Positions 7,646-15,798 of a stretch of 24,000 bases of DNA are shown here, piece after piece (position 1 is the first letter of the stretch; the number at the start of each line of letters is the position of its first letter). The stretch is from Marinobacter litoralis (GTDB lineage Bacteria > Pseudomonadota > Gammaproteobacteria > Pseudomonadales > Oleiphilaceae): positions 64,550 through 88,549 of the forward strand of contig NZ_JAELVS010000003.1 in NCBI RefSeq assembly GCF_016427555.1, written 5' to 3'. The notes beneath the pieces are model-generated. The model was not told the DNA's origin. It ran no database searches and was given only the letters and a program-made list of their open reading frames with translations. The translations under genes were made by a program, and so were the position numbers.

Positions 7646-8225
7646 GGATTTGAATGGCACCGGTAAGCGGATGTCGAACTGCCAGCTGAGCAGGCCTAAA
7701 CGGCGAAACAGCAGCAATAAAGGCGAAACCGTTAGTCCTCACATCGCCTCTGCAATTCAGTCGGGAGTCTAATCTCCCAAACACTCAAGATTGAGTGAAT
7801 CTTCACGAAAATTATCCAACCATCAGTGACCTTTCCAGGTCGTGGGAATCTTTTTTCTAAAAACAGACTCCCCAGAGACGCTTTTTTGTTTTAACGACAA
7901 AACTGCCCACTTTCAAATGCTTATCCTAAAAATTCTGGAGACTTTTCGGACGAAAATGGACGAAAAACCAGACTGATAAGCCGGGATCCACTTTCAGTCA
8001 GTGAAGTGCCTGCAAACGCAGGGGCGTCGGAGCTTTCATAACCCTAGAGCTATGACGGCATTGCATCACCCCAGCCACACGCCATGATCATCCCCAACAT
8101 TCAGAATTCCCGCTGACGGCTATGCCGGCCGCATGAGTGCGGCGGACGCACTCCAACACTAAACATTGAATCATTACCACGGGGCTGCCGGCATATTTTT
8201 AAGCTATTTCATGAAGGGACCATCT

Positions 8226-9143
8226 ATGAGTTGTCGTAAAAAATCTTTGATCGCGAGAGCAAGACACAGCCTCAGACCGCTTGTCGCGGATGGAACGCTT
8301 TCTTATTCATCTTATGGATCCATCGTGGATAGATGGCTTGTGTTCGTGAATTTCCTGGTCGCACGAGAAGAAATACCTAAAGTGGAGGAAATCTCTAAAG
8401 ACTTGGTCATCGAATTTTCCAAAAGCCTGGCGGATACCCAGCCGTCTTATGCCCAAAACGTGATTTCATCAATAAACACCGTAATGAAAGCCCTTACCGA
8501 CGGTGACTGGGTCACTGTAAGTCCAGTCCGCGATTGCCTGATAGCACGCAGATGTAACGTCAGGACAACGCAACCGTCAGGAATGGACGATCACCAAATC
8601 AATAAAGCTCTAAAGCAACTGGAGAATGCGCACCTCTCCAGGGGGAGAGTTGTCGCTTTGGCCGCCAAAACGTTTGGCCTTAGGGTGAAAGAAGCAACCC
8701 TTTTGGATTACAAACAATCACTTCAACAGGCGCTATCAGATGGATATATAGATATCCGATTGGGAACAAAAGGAGGCCGTCCGCGACGTATCCCCATCAC
8801 TGCTCCGGACGAACAAATACCTGCTCTACGGTCCGGCGCCAAAATTCAGGGAGACCATTTCTCATTGATTCCGCCTGACATGACTTGGAAAAAATTCCGG
8901 GAAAATGAAATTGTGAAAACCCGGGCAGTACTCAAGTCCAACGGAATAGCCTCCATTAGAGACCTACGGGCTGCCTACGCCTGCCAGCGATATCAAAATG
9001 AGACTGGCAAACCAGCCCCTGTAATGGGTGGCCGAGCCACGAAAGAAGCCGATGAAAAGGCCCGGACAATCATTGCAGAAGAGCTTGGCCATAATCGCAC
9101 CAATGTCACAAATTCATACCTAGGTAAGAGCCATGCCAAATAA
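8226..9143 (+). CDS. tyrosine recombinase / phage-integrase-family protein
   Basis: Candidate catalytic residues are R in FGLRVKEA, K in GTKGGRPRRIP, R in IRDLRAAYA, and H-x-R...Y in LGHNRTNVTNSYLG. The N-terminal region has SAM/core-binding-like helices (SYAQNVISSINTVMKAL). The start is uncertain. ATG 8226 follows GAAGGGA; ATG 8211 and the TTG 8166 of the ORF track are alternatives. Confidence 0.65.
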   Translation: MSCRKKSLIARARHSLRPLVADGTLSYSSYGSIVDRWLVFVNFLVAREEIPKVEEISKDLVIEFSKSLADTQPSYAQNVISSINTVMKALTDGDWVTVSPVRDCLIARRCNVRTTQPSGMDDHQINKALKQLENAHLSRGRVVALAAKTFGLRVKEATLLDYKQSLQQALSDGYIDIRLGTKGGRPRRIPITAPDEQIPALRSGAKIQGDHFSLIPPDMTWKKFRENEIVKTRAVLKSNGIASIRDLRAAYACQRYQNETGKPAPVMGGRATKEADEKARTIIAEELGHNRTNVTNSYLGKSHAK

Positions 9144-9444
9144 ATCGAACAGCAGCAGGATCTTTTATATACGGTTAGCGAACTACGGCAAAAAAGGAGG
9201 AAAAAACCGAGCAAAAAAGAAAAAACAGATAGAGCTGGTTATTAAACACTGCGGGTGCAAGCCTGCCCAAATTGGAAAAAAACAGGTCAAAGCTTTCTTC
9301 CGAGCAAAAAACTACAAACCGAGCACGGAGAGAGACTACTACTATGCGCTCTGTGATTTTTGGGTACTGCTCGATCGCACTTCGAAACCTCCTAAACCTC
9401 CCGCCATCACCGCGCTCAATAAAGGCGGGGGCAATCTTGGGTAG
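9133..9444 (+). CDS. small basic protein, possibly an integrase N-terminal (SAM-like) domain remnant, 103 aa
   Basis: The ATG overlaps the recombinase stop by 11 nt (GCCATGCCAAATAA). It has a Lys-rich N-terminus. The segment GKKQVKAFFRAKNYKPSTERDYYYALCDFWVLLDRTSKPPKPP resembles phage-integrase N-terminal domains. This is a weak call. Confidence 0.35.
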   Translation: MPNKSNSSRIFYIRLANYGKKGGKNRAKKKKQIELVIKHCGCKPAQIGKKQVKAFFRAKNYKPSTERDYYYALCDFWVLLDRTSKPPKPPAITALNKGGGNLG

Positions 9445-9552
9445 CTAAAATCCCAATATTCTCTCTTGCCAGTGTCATGAAGCTTGAGCCCATTGTGAGT
9501 TTCAGGGGGCTCTAAACCCGCTTCCGGCGCTAAGATTTAGGCGTAAAACCAA

Positions 9553-10173
9553 CTAAACTTCAGCGGTGTGATGGAACACCGGCCGGAATCCTCGCGAAAA
9601 GGTTTTTACTACTGTAGACGGTGTAAGAACCTCTACCGTTTCAGGCAACCTATCATGAACCGCCTTTCGGTATCCCGACGCATTCCAGGCGAGTAAACCA
9701 TTCTCAGAAATTGCATAGGCAGCGTTATCAATCAGAACCATTGTTCCATGCGGAAGATCCTGAAGTTGACCTTTCCAAGTAATTTTTCGGCTGTCTTCTA
9801 TACGCTCCTCGTGGAGCATCTCATCCAACTCCGCAGAACGCACATTGCGCGCTTCAGTCCAAGCACTTGCTGACTGCCAGGCATCGCGGAACTCGTTATA
9901 ACGTTTTCGCCGGCATTCGGCGCAAGGCCGATGGCCGGCAGCGAAAGCCGTGACCTCATCAAGGAAAAAGAGCTCCGTATACCGTCCTGGCGTCATTAGC
10001 TCACGCTTCCGACCTTTAAACTCGAGCAAACATGTAATCCATGCTTTGGTTTTAAACTGACGCGTTACCTCGCGCTTGCCATTGTGCAATACCCCGCGGT
10101 TGCCCATATACGTGCCCCTTGCAGAGCTTTCTTCAATAGTGCCTTGGGGATTAACCCGATTCTGTAATGGCAT
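9553..10173 (-). CDS. conserved hypothetical protein with a Cys/His motif, 206 aa
   Basis: GGGAGAG RBS lies 8 nt before the ATG, and the gene starts 19 nt after the SNF2 stop on the same strand. The segments MPLQNRVNPQGT...GNRGVLHN and YTELFFLDEVTAFAAGHRPCAECRR look like a conserved domain of unknown function. Confidence 0.6.
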   Translation of the reverse strand: MPLQNRVNPQGTIEESSARGTYMGNRGVLHNGKREVTRQFKTKAWITCLLEFKGRKRELMTPGRYTELFFLDEVTAFAAGHRPCAECRRKRYNEFRDAWQSASAWTEARNVRSAELDEMLHEERIEDSRKITWKGQLQDLPHGTMVLIDNAAYAISENGLLAWNASGYRKAVHDRLPETVEVLTPSTVVKTFSRGFRPVFHHTAEV

Positions 10174-10192
10174 CTAAATCTCTCCCTGAACC

Positions 10193-13100
10193 CTAAGTAC
10201 TTGCTACAACGTAATCGAACCATTCCCCGAGCAAAGCCTTCTCCTCATCCTGAAAGTCCCCTGCCGGAAAATTCAACTGTGCTTCAGGTGAAGCATTCCT
10301 GCTGAGCCGGAAATTCACAAACGGAAATCGGTTATTAAGCCTTAGCAACTTTAGCAGTTGATCCTTCCCTTTGAACGCACCGACGACATTCTCCGACAGG
10401 GCATCAATTGTGTCGCTTGAAAGCGGACTTAAGAGCTGTTCAATAGGGCCAGACATAGTTTGGAAACTCAACCAAGTCTGAGGCGCGCGACTGGCCGTTC
10501 TCTCGCGAGGCAAAGCTACTGGTAGTGGTCTCGGCCCAGACACATTTTTGGCATTAATCTCGTCAATGGTGAGGTCCTGGATGCCATGGAAAAGTCTGGC
10601 CTCTAGCTCGTCAGAAAACTTCTTAATGCTCTCGAGACCCATTCGAAATTCCTCTAAAGACAGCCACTGCATCGTCCCTCGCCGAACAAACAGAGGAAAA
10701 TTGACGCGGGTGCTGAGGTAGAAATGACTGTTACCCGAGTCCTCGTCGACCGCCACGCGAACTAATGGGTACGATTGGCTCAGTTCATCAATCAATGTTT
10801 TCAACTCAGTGAGGGCTATCTTTTCAAAATTCTCGCGATTAGCAATTGGCGACGCAAAACTCACTATGTAGGCTGTCTCAGGACTCAAAGCCGAAAACCG
10901 AGGTGAAAAACCAAGCGTTGCGAATATAGGCTGGTGCCGCCGGGATTGCCCTCGCTCAATGCGTGGATCAATGATGAACAAAAGCTTTGGTGATGTCTGG
11001 CTCGACCGAGCTTCGATGATTTTGTCGTTCAGCGGATCACAAGCACTTTCGAGATGCGCTCGGATGGTCTCTGCGATATCGGAAAAAGTATGGGTATCCT
11101 GCGGCTGGTAGCAGGAATCTAATGTTTCAGGCCGATCAAATCTTGCCGGATAAGGATCGACCACCTCTTCCTCAGAATGATCAATTGGTGTTCTGAAAAG
11201 CTGCCCCCAATCCTTGTTTGCGGTCGGACGATATTCAGAATCAAATTTCGTCTGTAGGCAGGCATCCATTCGTTCTTCCACCTGATGTTTTCGCTCAATG
11301 AAAGAAGCCACTTGATCCTCATCCACGGAACCCTCTAGGTAGGGGTAATGGATACCCAGATCGCCTTTGCCAGATTCCAGCCGTTTATTGACGCACCCGA
11401 ACAAACGGTCAATCCGCCCTACCCTCTGTTCGTTATCCCCCGGTGATCCCGCTATTCCATAGTGGTGCACCTGATGACAATTCATGTGCAGATTCACCCC
11501 TTCCTGGAATACCGAGGTAGAAACCAGAACGTTGGGGTAAAAGGGGCTGTTAAAACCCAGTATCAGGCGTTGGCGGGCGCTGTTATTTTCACCACTGGCG
11601 TACCAGGCTGGACTGGTCAAACCTTTTAAGCTTCGCCATTCCTTACGCCAATCTCCGACACCATGGTCAACAATTTTGTCGCAAAGTGCTTCGAAGGTTT
11701 CCAGGGCCGCGACAAAGTAGCGGAGTAACAAAGAGCCTTTGATTTTTTCCTGCCGAACGAAATCATAGAATCCTCGGTACCACTCCTGCACATTGGCAAT
11801 CCTTCCTTTGCGGCGATACTCTGCAAACCAGCTATACAACTCCACGATCACTGGGCTCGCATGTAAAAATCCGGCTCGAATATAGTTCCCGAAGTTTTCC
11901 GCAACGGGCTTACTTGTGTTTGCCCATCTAAGCATTTGCTCCTGAAGCTTGCCAGGAAGTTCATTGAAAACCAGTTTCCATACTGTAAACAGCTCCTGAG
12001 TGTAGGCTGTTTGCGGTGCTTCAGTTTTGCCCACGGCTTCTCGCAAATCGGCAGCACTGTTCCAACGGGAAAACCGTTCATAACGAGCAGCCACACCGTA
12101 GTTGGCCCGCGTACGCTCTGAATCCCCATAAAAGTAGCTGTATCCGCCTTTGAGGTAATCACTGGACGGCTCAAGAAACAGCGAGAACAGACTTTCATGT
12201 TTGGTAAAACGCCGCCGCACATTTACACAATCGGTCTGGCCACCAGCTGCGCCTTCCTTAACAACAAACAGCTGAGCAACCCTTGATGCCAGATAATCCT
12301 CTTCCATGCCGTCAGCGTCTTCGTCATCCGCATCTACTTCCGCGCTTTCATCCTGAACGTCACCCGTTCTTACGCTTTCTAAAAGCTGTTCAAATTCGTT
12401 GCGGGAAAAGCTTTTAAGCCTTGGCTGTCCGTGAGAGTCAAATGAGGACAAGCCCAATCCGGAAAGCAGCATTTCACCTAACATTTGGTCGTAACGCTCA
12501 TTTAAGCGCTGGGTTAATTCTCTGACCGAAGGAATGCGACGAACAAAAATCAGATGTTTAAGGTTGCTGAGTGGCAACTGGTATAAATCCGCCTTTTTAG
12601 GAACACACGCCTCAATCAACCGACCGTATTTTGGGTGCCCGGGAAATCGATCGAATGCCTTATAGAAACTGTCGGTAAGCCCCATGAGCAGATTGGTATC
12701 CGGAGCCGTCGAGTAATCGGTCTTGCCTTTATCACCATCAGACGTATCCCGGTCAGGATCCTGCCGCGAGGCCTCGTCTGTTATGAGATCTCGGCCAACG
12801 GACTCAAACCCTTCCAGATACCCGTACATCAGACTTTTGTTTTCATTTTTCTTGTTTAGTTCAGCTACCAGGCCTTTCTGGTAAAGGGCAAAAAAGCCTT
12901 CTGCCTCGGGTTTTCCATCAAATGTCGCCGGCATAGGCTTTTCATGTCGGTAATGCCGTTTACTGAAGAGCTTTCCATTGGCCTCCATAAGCCGCATCCG
13001 TCGCAGTCCATAGTTATTGAGCAGGTAACTGGCGCGATCAGCTTCACTTGTCCATCCGTCCCCGGAATCCAAGAAGTAACTGAAAATGCTGTTTACATCC

Positions 13101-13849
13101 GAAAGACGGGTATGACTGGGCGTTGCTGTCAGCAATAAAGCTCTTTGTGAGAGTGGATCGTGCTTGGTACCAAAAAACGCCCCGGCTGCAGCAACCCGCT
13201 GAGAGCCGCCGTGAATATTCCTAAGGTAATGGGCCTCGTCAACGATGATCAAGTCGAAGCCCTCAGGACCAAGAGCACTTTTGATGCTCTCGTGAATCTC
13301 TTGTGCTCTTTCTCCGGCGACTATGTCAGGGCTACGACCATCAGTGTCTTCGCCCCGTAGCAAGCCACTCAATGAATGAATCGTGGTGAGATAAAAATGG
13401 GAAACGCCCTGGCTCACTGCGGCATCTAGATCAGCTAATGACTTACAGATTTCTATGCTGGGAACGACACCTCCATCAACACTGTTCTTAACGGTGTGGT
13501 CGACAACCCGGTAGTGGGAACTCACCAAGTTGTTAAATTCCCGGCGCCAGTGCAGGCATAAATCCCTGTTGGGTGCCATCACCAAAACTCGGGCATCAGG
13601 TTTCCTCTTCCATAACAGCGCTGCAACCCCCAGCGCCTGGAAGGTCTTGCCCATACCTACTTCATCCGCCAGCAGAGCCACTTTCTGTTCCGCTAACACA
13701 TTCCATAAGTAGGCGACCCCTTCGGTCTGTTTAGCAGGCATAGATTGGCGGTCGTGCGCACTATAGCGCCAGTCTTTCTGGCCACGATTGAAGTTGATCC
13801 ACTCCGAGACCATGTCGGGACTTAACAGCCCCCAATCGGATACGCTCAT
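10193..13849 (-). CDS. SNF2-family (superfamily-2) helicase/translocase, 1218 aa
   Basis: Motif I is LLADEVGMGKTFQALG (nt 13643-13666), and Ia is LVMAPN. Motif II is IIVDEAHYLRN (DEAH at 13229-13240), and III is LLLTATPSHTR. Motif V is STSVFQEGVNLH, and VI is NEQRVGRIDRLFG. The ATG overlaps the PLD gene stop (ATGA). The last ~400 aa carry no recognisable motif. Confidence 0.9.
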   Translation of the reverse strand: MSVSDWGLLSPDMVSEWINFNRGQKDWRYSAHDRQSMPAKQTEGVAYLWNVLAEQKVALLADEVGMGKTFQALGVAALLWKRKPDARVLVMAPNRDLCLHWRREFNNLVSSHYRVVDHTVKNSVDGGVVPSIEICKSLADLDAAVSQGVSHFYLTTIHSLSGLLRGEDTDGRSPDIVAGERAQEIHESIKSALGPEGFDLIIVDEAHYLRNIHGGSQRVAAAGAFFGTKHDPLSQRALLLTATPSHTRLSDVNSIFSYFLDSGDGWTSEADRASYLLNNYGLRRMRLMEANGKLFSKRHYRHEKPMPATFDGKPEAEGFFALYQKGLVAELNKKNENKSLMYGYLEGFESVGRDLITDEASRQDPDRDTSDGDKGKTDYSTAPDTNLLMGLTDSFYKAFDRFPGHPKYGRLIEACVPKKADLYQLPLSNLKHLIFVRRIPSVRELTQRLNERYDQMLGEMLLSGLGLSSFDSHGQPRLKSFSRNEFEQLLESVRTGDVQDESAEVDADDEDADGMEEDYLASRVAQLFVVKEGAAGGQTDCVNVRRRFTKHESLFSLFLEPSSDYLKGGYSYFYGDSERTRANYGVAARYERFSRWNSAADLREAVGKTEAPQTAYTQELFTVWKLVFNELPGKLQEQMLRWANTSKPVAENFGNYIRAGFLHASPVIVELYSWFAEYRRKGRIANVQEWYRGFYDFVRQEKIKGSLLLRYFVAALETFEALCDKIVDHGVGDWRKEWRSLKGLTSPAWYASGENNSARQRLILGFNSPFYPNVLVSTSVFQEGVNLHMNCHQVHHYGIAGSPGDNEQRVGRIDRLFGCVNKRLESGKGDLGIHYPYLEGSVDEDQVASFIERKHQVEERMDACLQTKFDSEYRPTANKDWGQLFRTPIDHSEEEVVDPYPARFDRPETLDSCYQPQDTHTFSDIAETIRAHLESACDPLNDKIIEARSSQTSPKLLFIIDPRIERGQSRRHQPIFATLGFSPRFSALSPETAYIVSFASPIANRENFEKIALTELKTLIDELSQSYPLVRVAVDEDSGNSHFYLSTRVNFPLFVRRGTMQWLSLEEFRMGLESIKKFSDELEARLFHGIQDLTIDEINAKNVSGPRPLPVALPRERTASRAPQTWLSFQTMSGPIEQLLSPLSSDTIDALSENVVGAFKGKDQLLKLLRLNNRFPFVNFRLSRNASPEAQLNFPAGDFQDEEKALLGEWFDYVVAST

Positions 13850-15798
13850 TTTCCTTCCCTGTTAGAGCTACGGCGAAAGTATTCGTCGGTTAACCATGCG
13901 CGGTATTCTTCACTGACCGATGCCGGCAGCGCCGGTTCCGCAACAATCAAAGCTTCCCATCTTTGGAATGTTTTCTCAGATCCAGCACCGACTAACTCTG
14001 CCTGCTTTGAACGGGCCGTACTGCATAGCTGATTAACCTCCTGGGTAAGAAACCAGTTAAACAGAGTAGGCGCAGAGCTACTCTCAATGCGGTGCACCGT
14101 TTTTTCTACCAGCTCTTGGAGACACCCAGGACGAATGAACGCCCAATACTCCAGTTCTTTCTGATCCCGGCAACCAGCCAACAGCTCCTCATAGTGATGG
14201 CAAGCAGAGAACAGCCGAAAATAACTGATGTCAGCCGATTGATGTTCATGTTCGGAGACCACAGCGGCATCGTCTGAGACCAGAGCGTCAACCAACGCCC
14301 GCCCATCATCGTCCTCCTCGACGCGGTAGGCAGCAGCATCGGTAGGAGGTTCACCGCCGGATAGCACCAACGCATCCAGCAAGCCTCGTAGATCCTCATA
14401 CTGTTGAGCTCTTCGGAAGATCGGACGTGTTTCAATAATCAAACCTTTTGCGATCGCAACATCACCGCTGAGTACCTCATAATTGCGGTCTACTAAAAGC
14501 GGTTTCGTGGATGCTACCGGCAACTCCAGTTTCTGTAGTACGAAAACATCACCGTGAGAATCAACCACCCATTGAAGCTTCACTGAATGGGAAAGTCCGG
14601 GAAGTTCTAGCTCAAACTCACAATCAGGCTCCGACGTACCAACCCACACTCCCGAAATGTAAAAACGCTCGATTTGCCAGTCAAACACCACGCGCAGATC
14701 AAAAGGCGGGGGCTCCGGGACTCGAAGACTTTCCTGCTCCATTTGGTCTGGTGTCGCAAATAAAGCTTCAGACAACGGCAACACCTCACCCACATACTCC
14801 GCCAAAGGAGACTCATCAACGATAAGCAAACCTGCTTCTACGTTATGGATGGGATAGCCACCGTCTGGTATCAAATTGCTCCCAGGCTGAGTGAAATTCC
14901 AGGATCCAATCGCTAATCGATCCGGTGTTTTCCAAAGCTTTGCATGGGTCATAAAGCTTCGGTGATCACGTTTGGAGGGGCTCTGGTGCAAAGAGAGCAG
15001 CCCTTGCTCGTGCAACTTGGCCAAGCCCTGGTTCCATTCAGCGCGTAAATACTGATTCTCTACCCTGTCTGGTACCAGCTGAACCCGAAGGTCAGGAGCT
15101 ACTGCAAAACGCTGTAAGTTCCTCACGTACTTACTGATATCTCTTGAAAAATAAGGGGACCAAACGGCAAGTTCACTTGGTTTGCTATCAAAAAGACGAT
15201 TAAGAAAGGGTATCCCTGCCAGACTATGACAGAAGCTCACCCCCGGATCCTCCGTCTGACCCGGGATGGAAAAATCTTCAGGGAATCGTTCTTGAACGTT
15301 GGTAAACACTGGCTGAAAGAAACTTCTAACGGATTCCGCCATGCTCCGACTTGCCACCGGAACAAAGGAGAACAGCTCCTGATTTCTGCCCCAGCCATCC
15401 ACGGTCAGGTTTGCGCTCCCGGAACCAAGAGCAGAACCTTTGTCGCCCTGAAGATAGATAACCTTTGCGTGGAACAGACTGTGCTCAGAGAAAGAAATGT
15501 CTCCATTGGATGACAATCTTTCCGGTGAAACGCCATGAATTGGAATTGCGGTTCGTTTATTCTGATCTGGCTCGATGAATCGCTTGTCACAGAACACTCG
15601 AATATCGATACCCCGCTCGCTCAGTACCTGCTGCATCCCCTCATAGTCCATTCTAAGCTTTGGGGGATCCATCCCTAGAATGGTCGGTAAAAGGTAGGTT
15701 TCGATAAATTCGATGTTGATGACGAAACTGGTGAGCCAAACCCGCTGAAGCGTGCCTACTTCGTCAATCTGTTTTCGGAAAGTCGAGAGCAATTTCAA
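13846..15798 (-). CDS. phospholipase-D-family nuclease with two HKD motifs, 650 aa
   Basis: HKD 1 is HAKVIYLQGDKGSALGSGSANLT (nt 15403-15471). HKD 2 is HAKLWKTPDRLAIGSWNFT (nt 14890-14946). The TTG start (15796-15798) overlaps the upstream TGA (TTGA) and follows GGGGGTGA. The C-terminal ~300 aa are unassigned. Confidence 0.85.
   Translation of the reverse strand: MKLLSTFRKQIDEVGTLQRVWLTSFVINIEFIETYLLPTILGMDPPKLRMDYEGMQQVLSERGIDIRVFCDKRFIEPDQNKRTAIPIHGVSPERLSSNGDISFSEHSLFHAKVIYLQGDKGSALGSGSANLTVDGWGRNQELFSFVPVASRSMAESVRSFFQPVFTNVQERFPEDFSIPGQTEDPGVSFCHSLAGIPFLNRLFDSKPSELAVWSPYFSRDISKYVRNLQRFAVAPDLRVQLVPDRVENQYLRAEWNQGLAKLHEQGLLSLHQSPSKRDHRSFMTHAKLWKTPDRLAIGSWNFTQPGSNLIPDGGYPIHNVEAGLLIVDESPLAEYVGEVLPLSEALFATPDQMEQESLRVPEPPPFDLRVVFDWQIERFYISGVWVGTSEPDCEFELELPGLSHSVKLQWVVDSHGDVFVLQKLELPVASTKPLLVDRNYEVLSGDVAIAKGLIIETRPIFRRAQQYEDLRGLLDALVLSGGEPPTDAAAYRVEEDDDGRALVDALVSDDAAVVSEHEHQSADISYFRLFSACHHYEELLAGCRDQKELEYWAFIRPGCLQELVEKTVHRIESSSAPTLFNWFLTQEVNQLCSTARSKQAELVGAGSEKTFQRWEALIVAEPALPASVSEEYRAWLTDEYFRRSSNREGK

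Noticed and set aside
7640-7680. GGATTTGAATGGCACCGG resembling a tRNA T-arm/acceptor end next to the recombinase
   Set aside because: No complementary T-stem, acceptor stem or anticodon arm can be drawn around it on either strand.
9186-9230. AAGGAGG inside the A-rich tract as an alternative internal start for the 103-aa ORF
   Set aside because: No ATG, GTG or TTG lies at a suitable distance downstream of this SD-like sequence in any frame.
9541-9549. GCGTAAAAC matching an arm of the 743-1206 iteron motif, which might mark a second end of a mobile element
   Set aside because: It is a single 9-mer without the C-run or partner arm. A chance occurrence in 48 kb of two-strand sequence is plausible.
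11119-13712. Numerous 60-124-aa antisense or out-of-frame ORFs inside the SNF2 gene, with similar ones inside the PLD, McrB-like, helicase IV and other large genes
   Set aside because: They are fully embedded in long ORFs that carry clear catalytic motifs. They have no independent RBS or motif and are typical shadow ORFs.
10193-15798. Calling the PLD + SNF2 pair a DISARM system
   Set aside because: The DISARM core genes drmA (large helicase) and drmB (DUF1998), and the methyltransferase, are absent from the window. Only a partial resemblance is noted.
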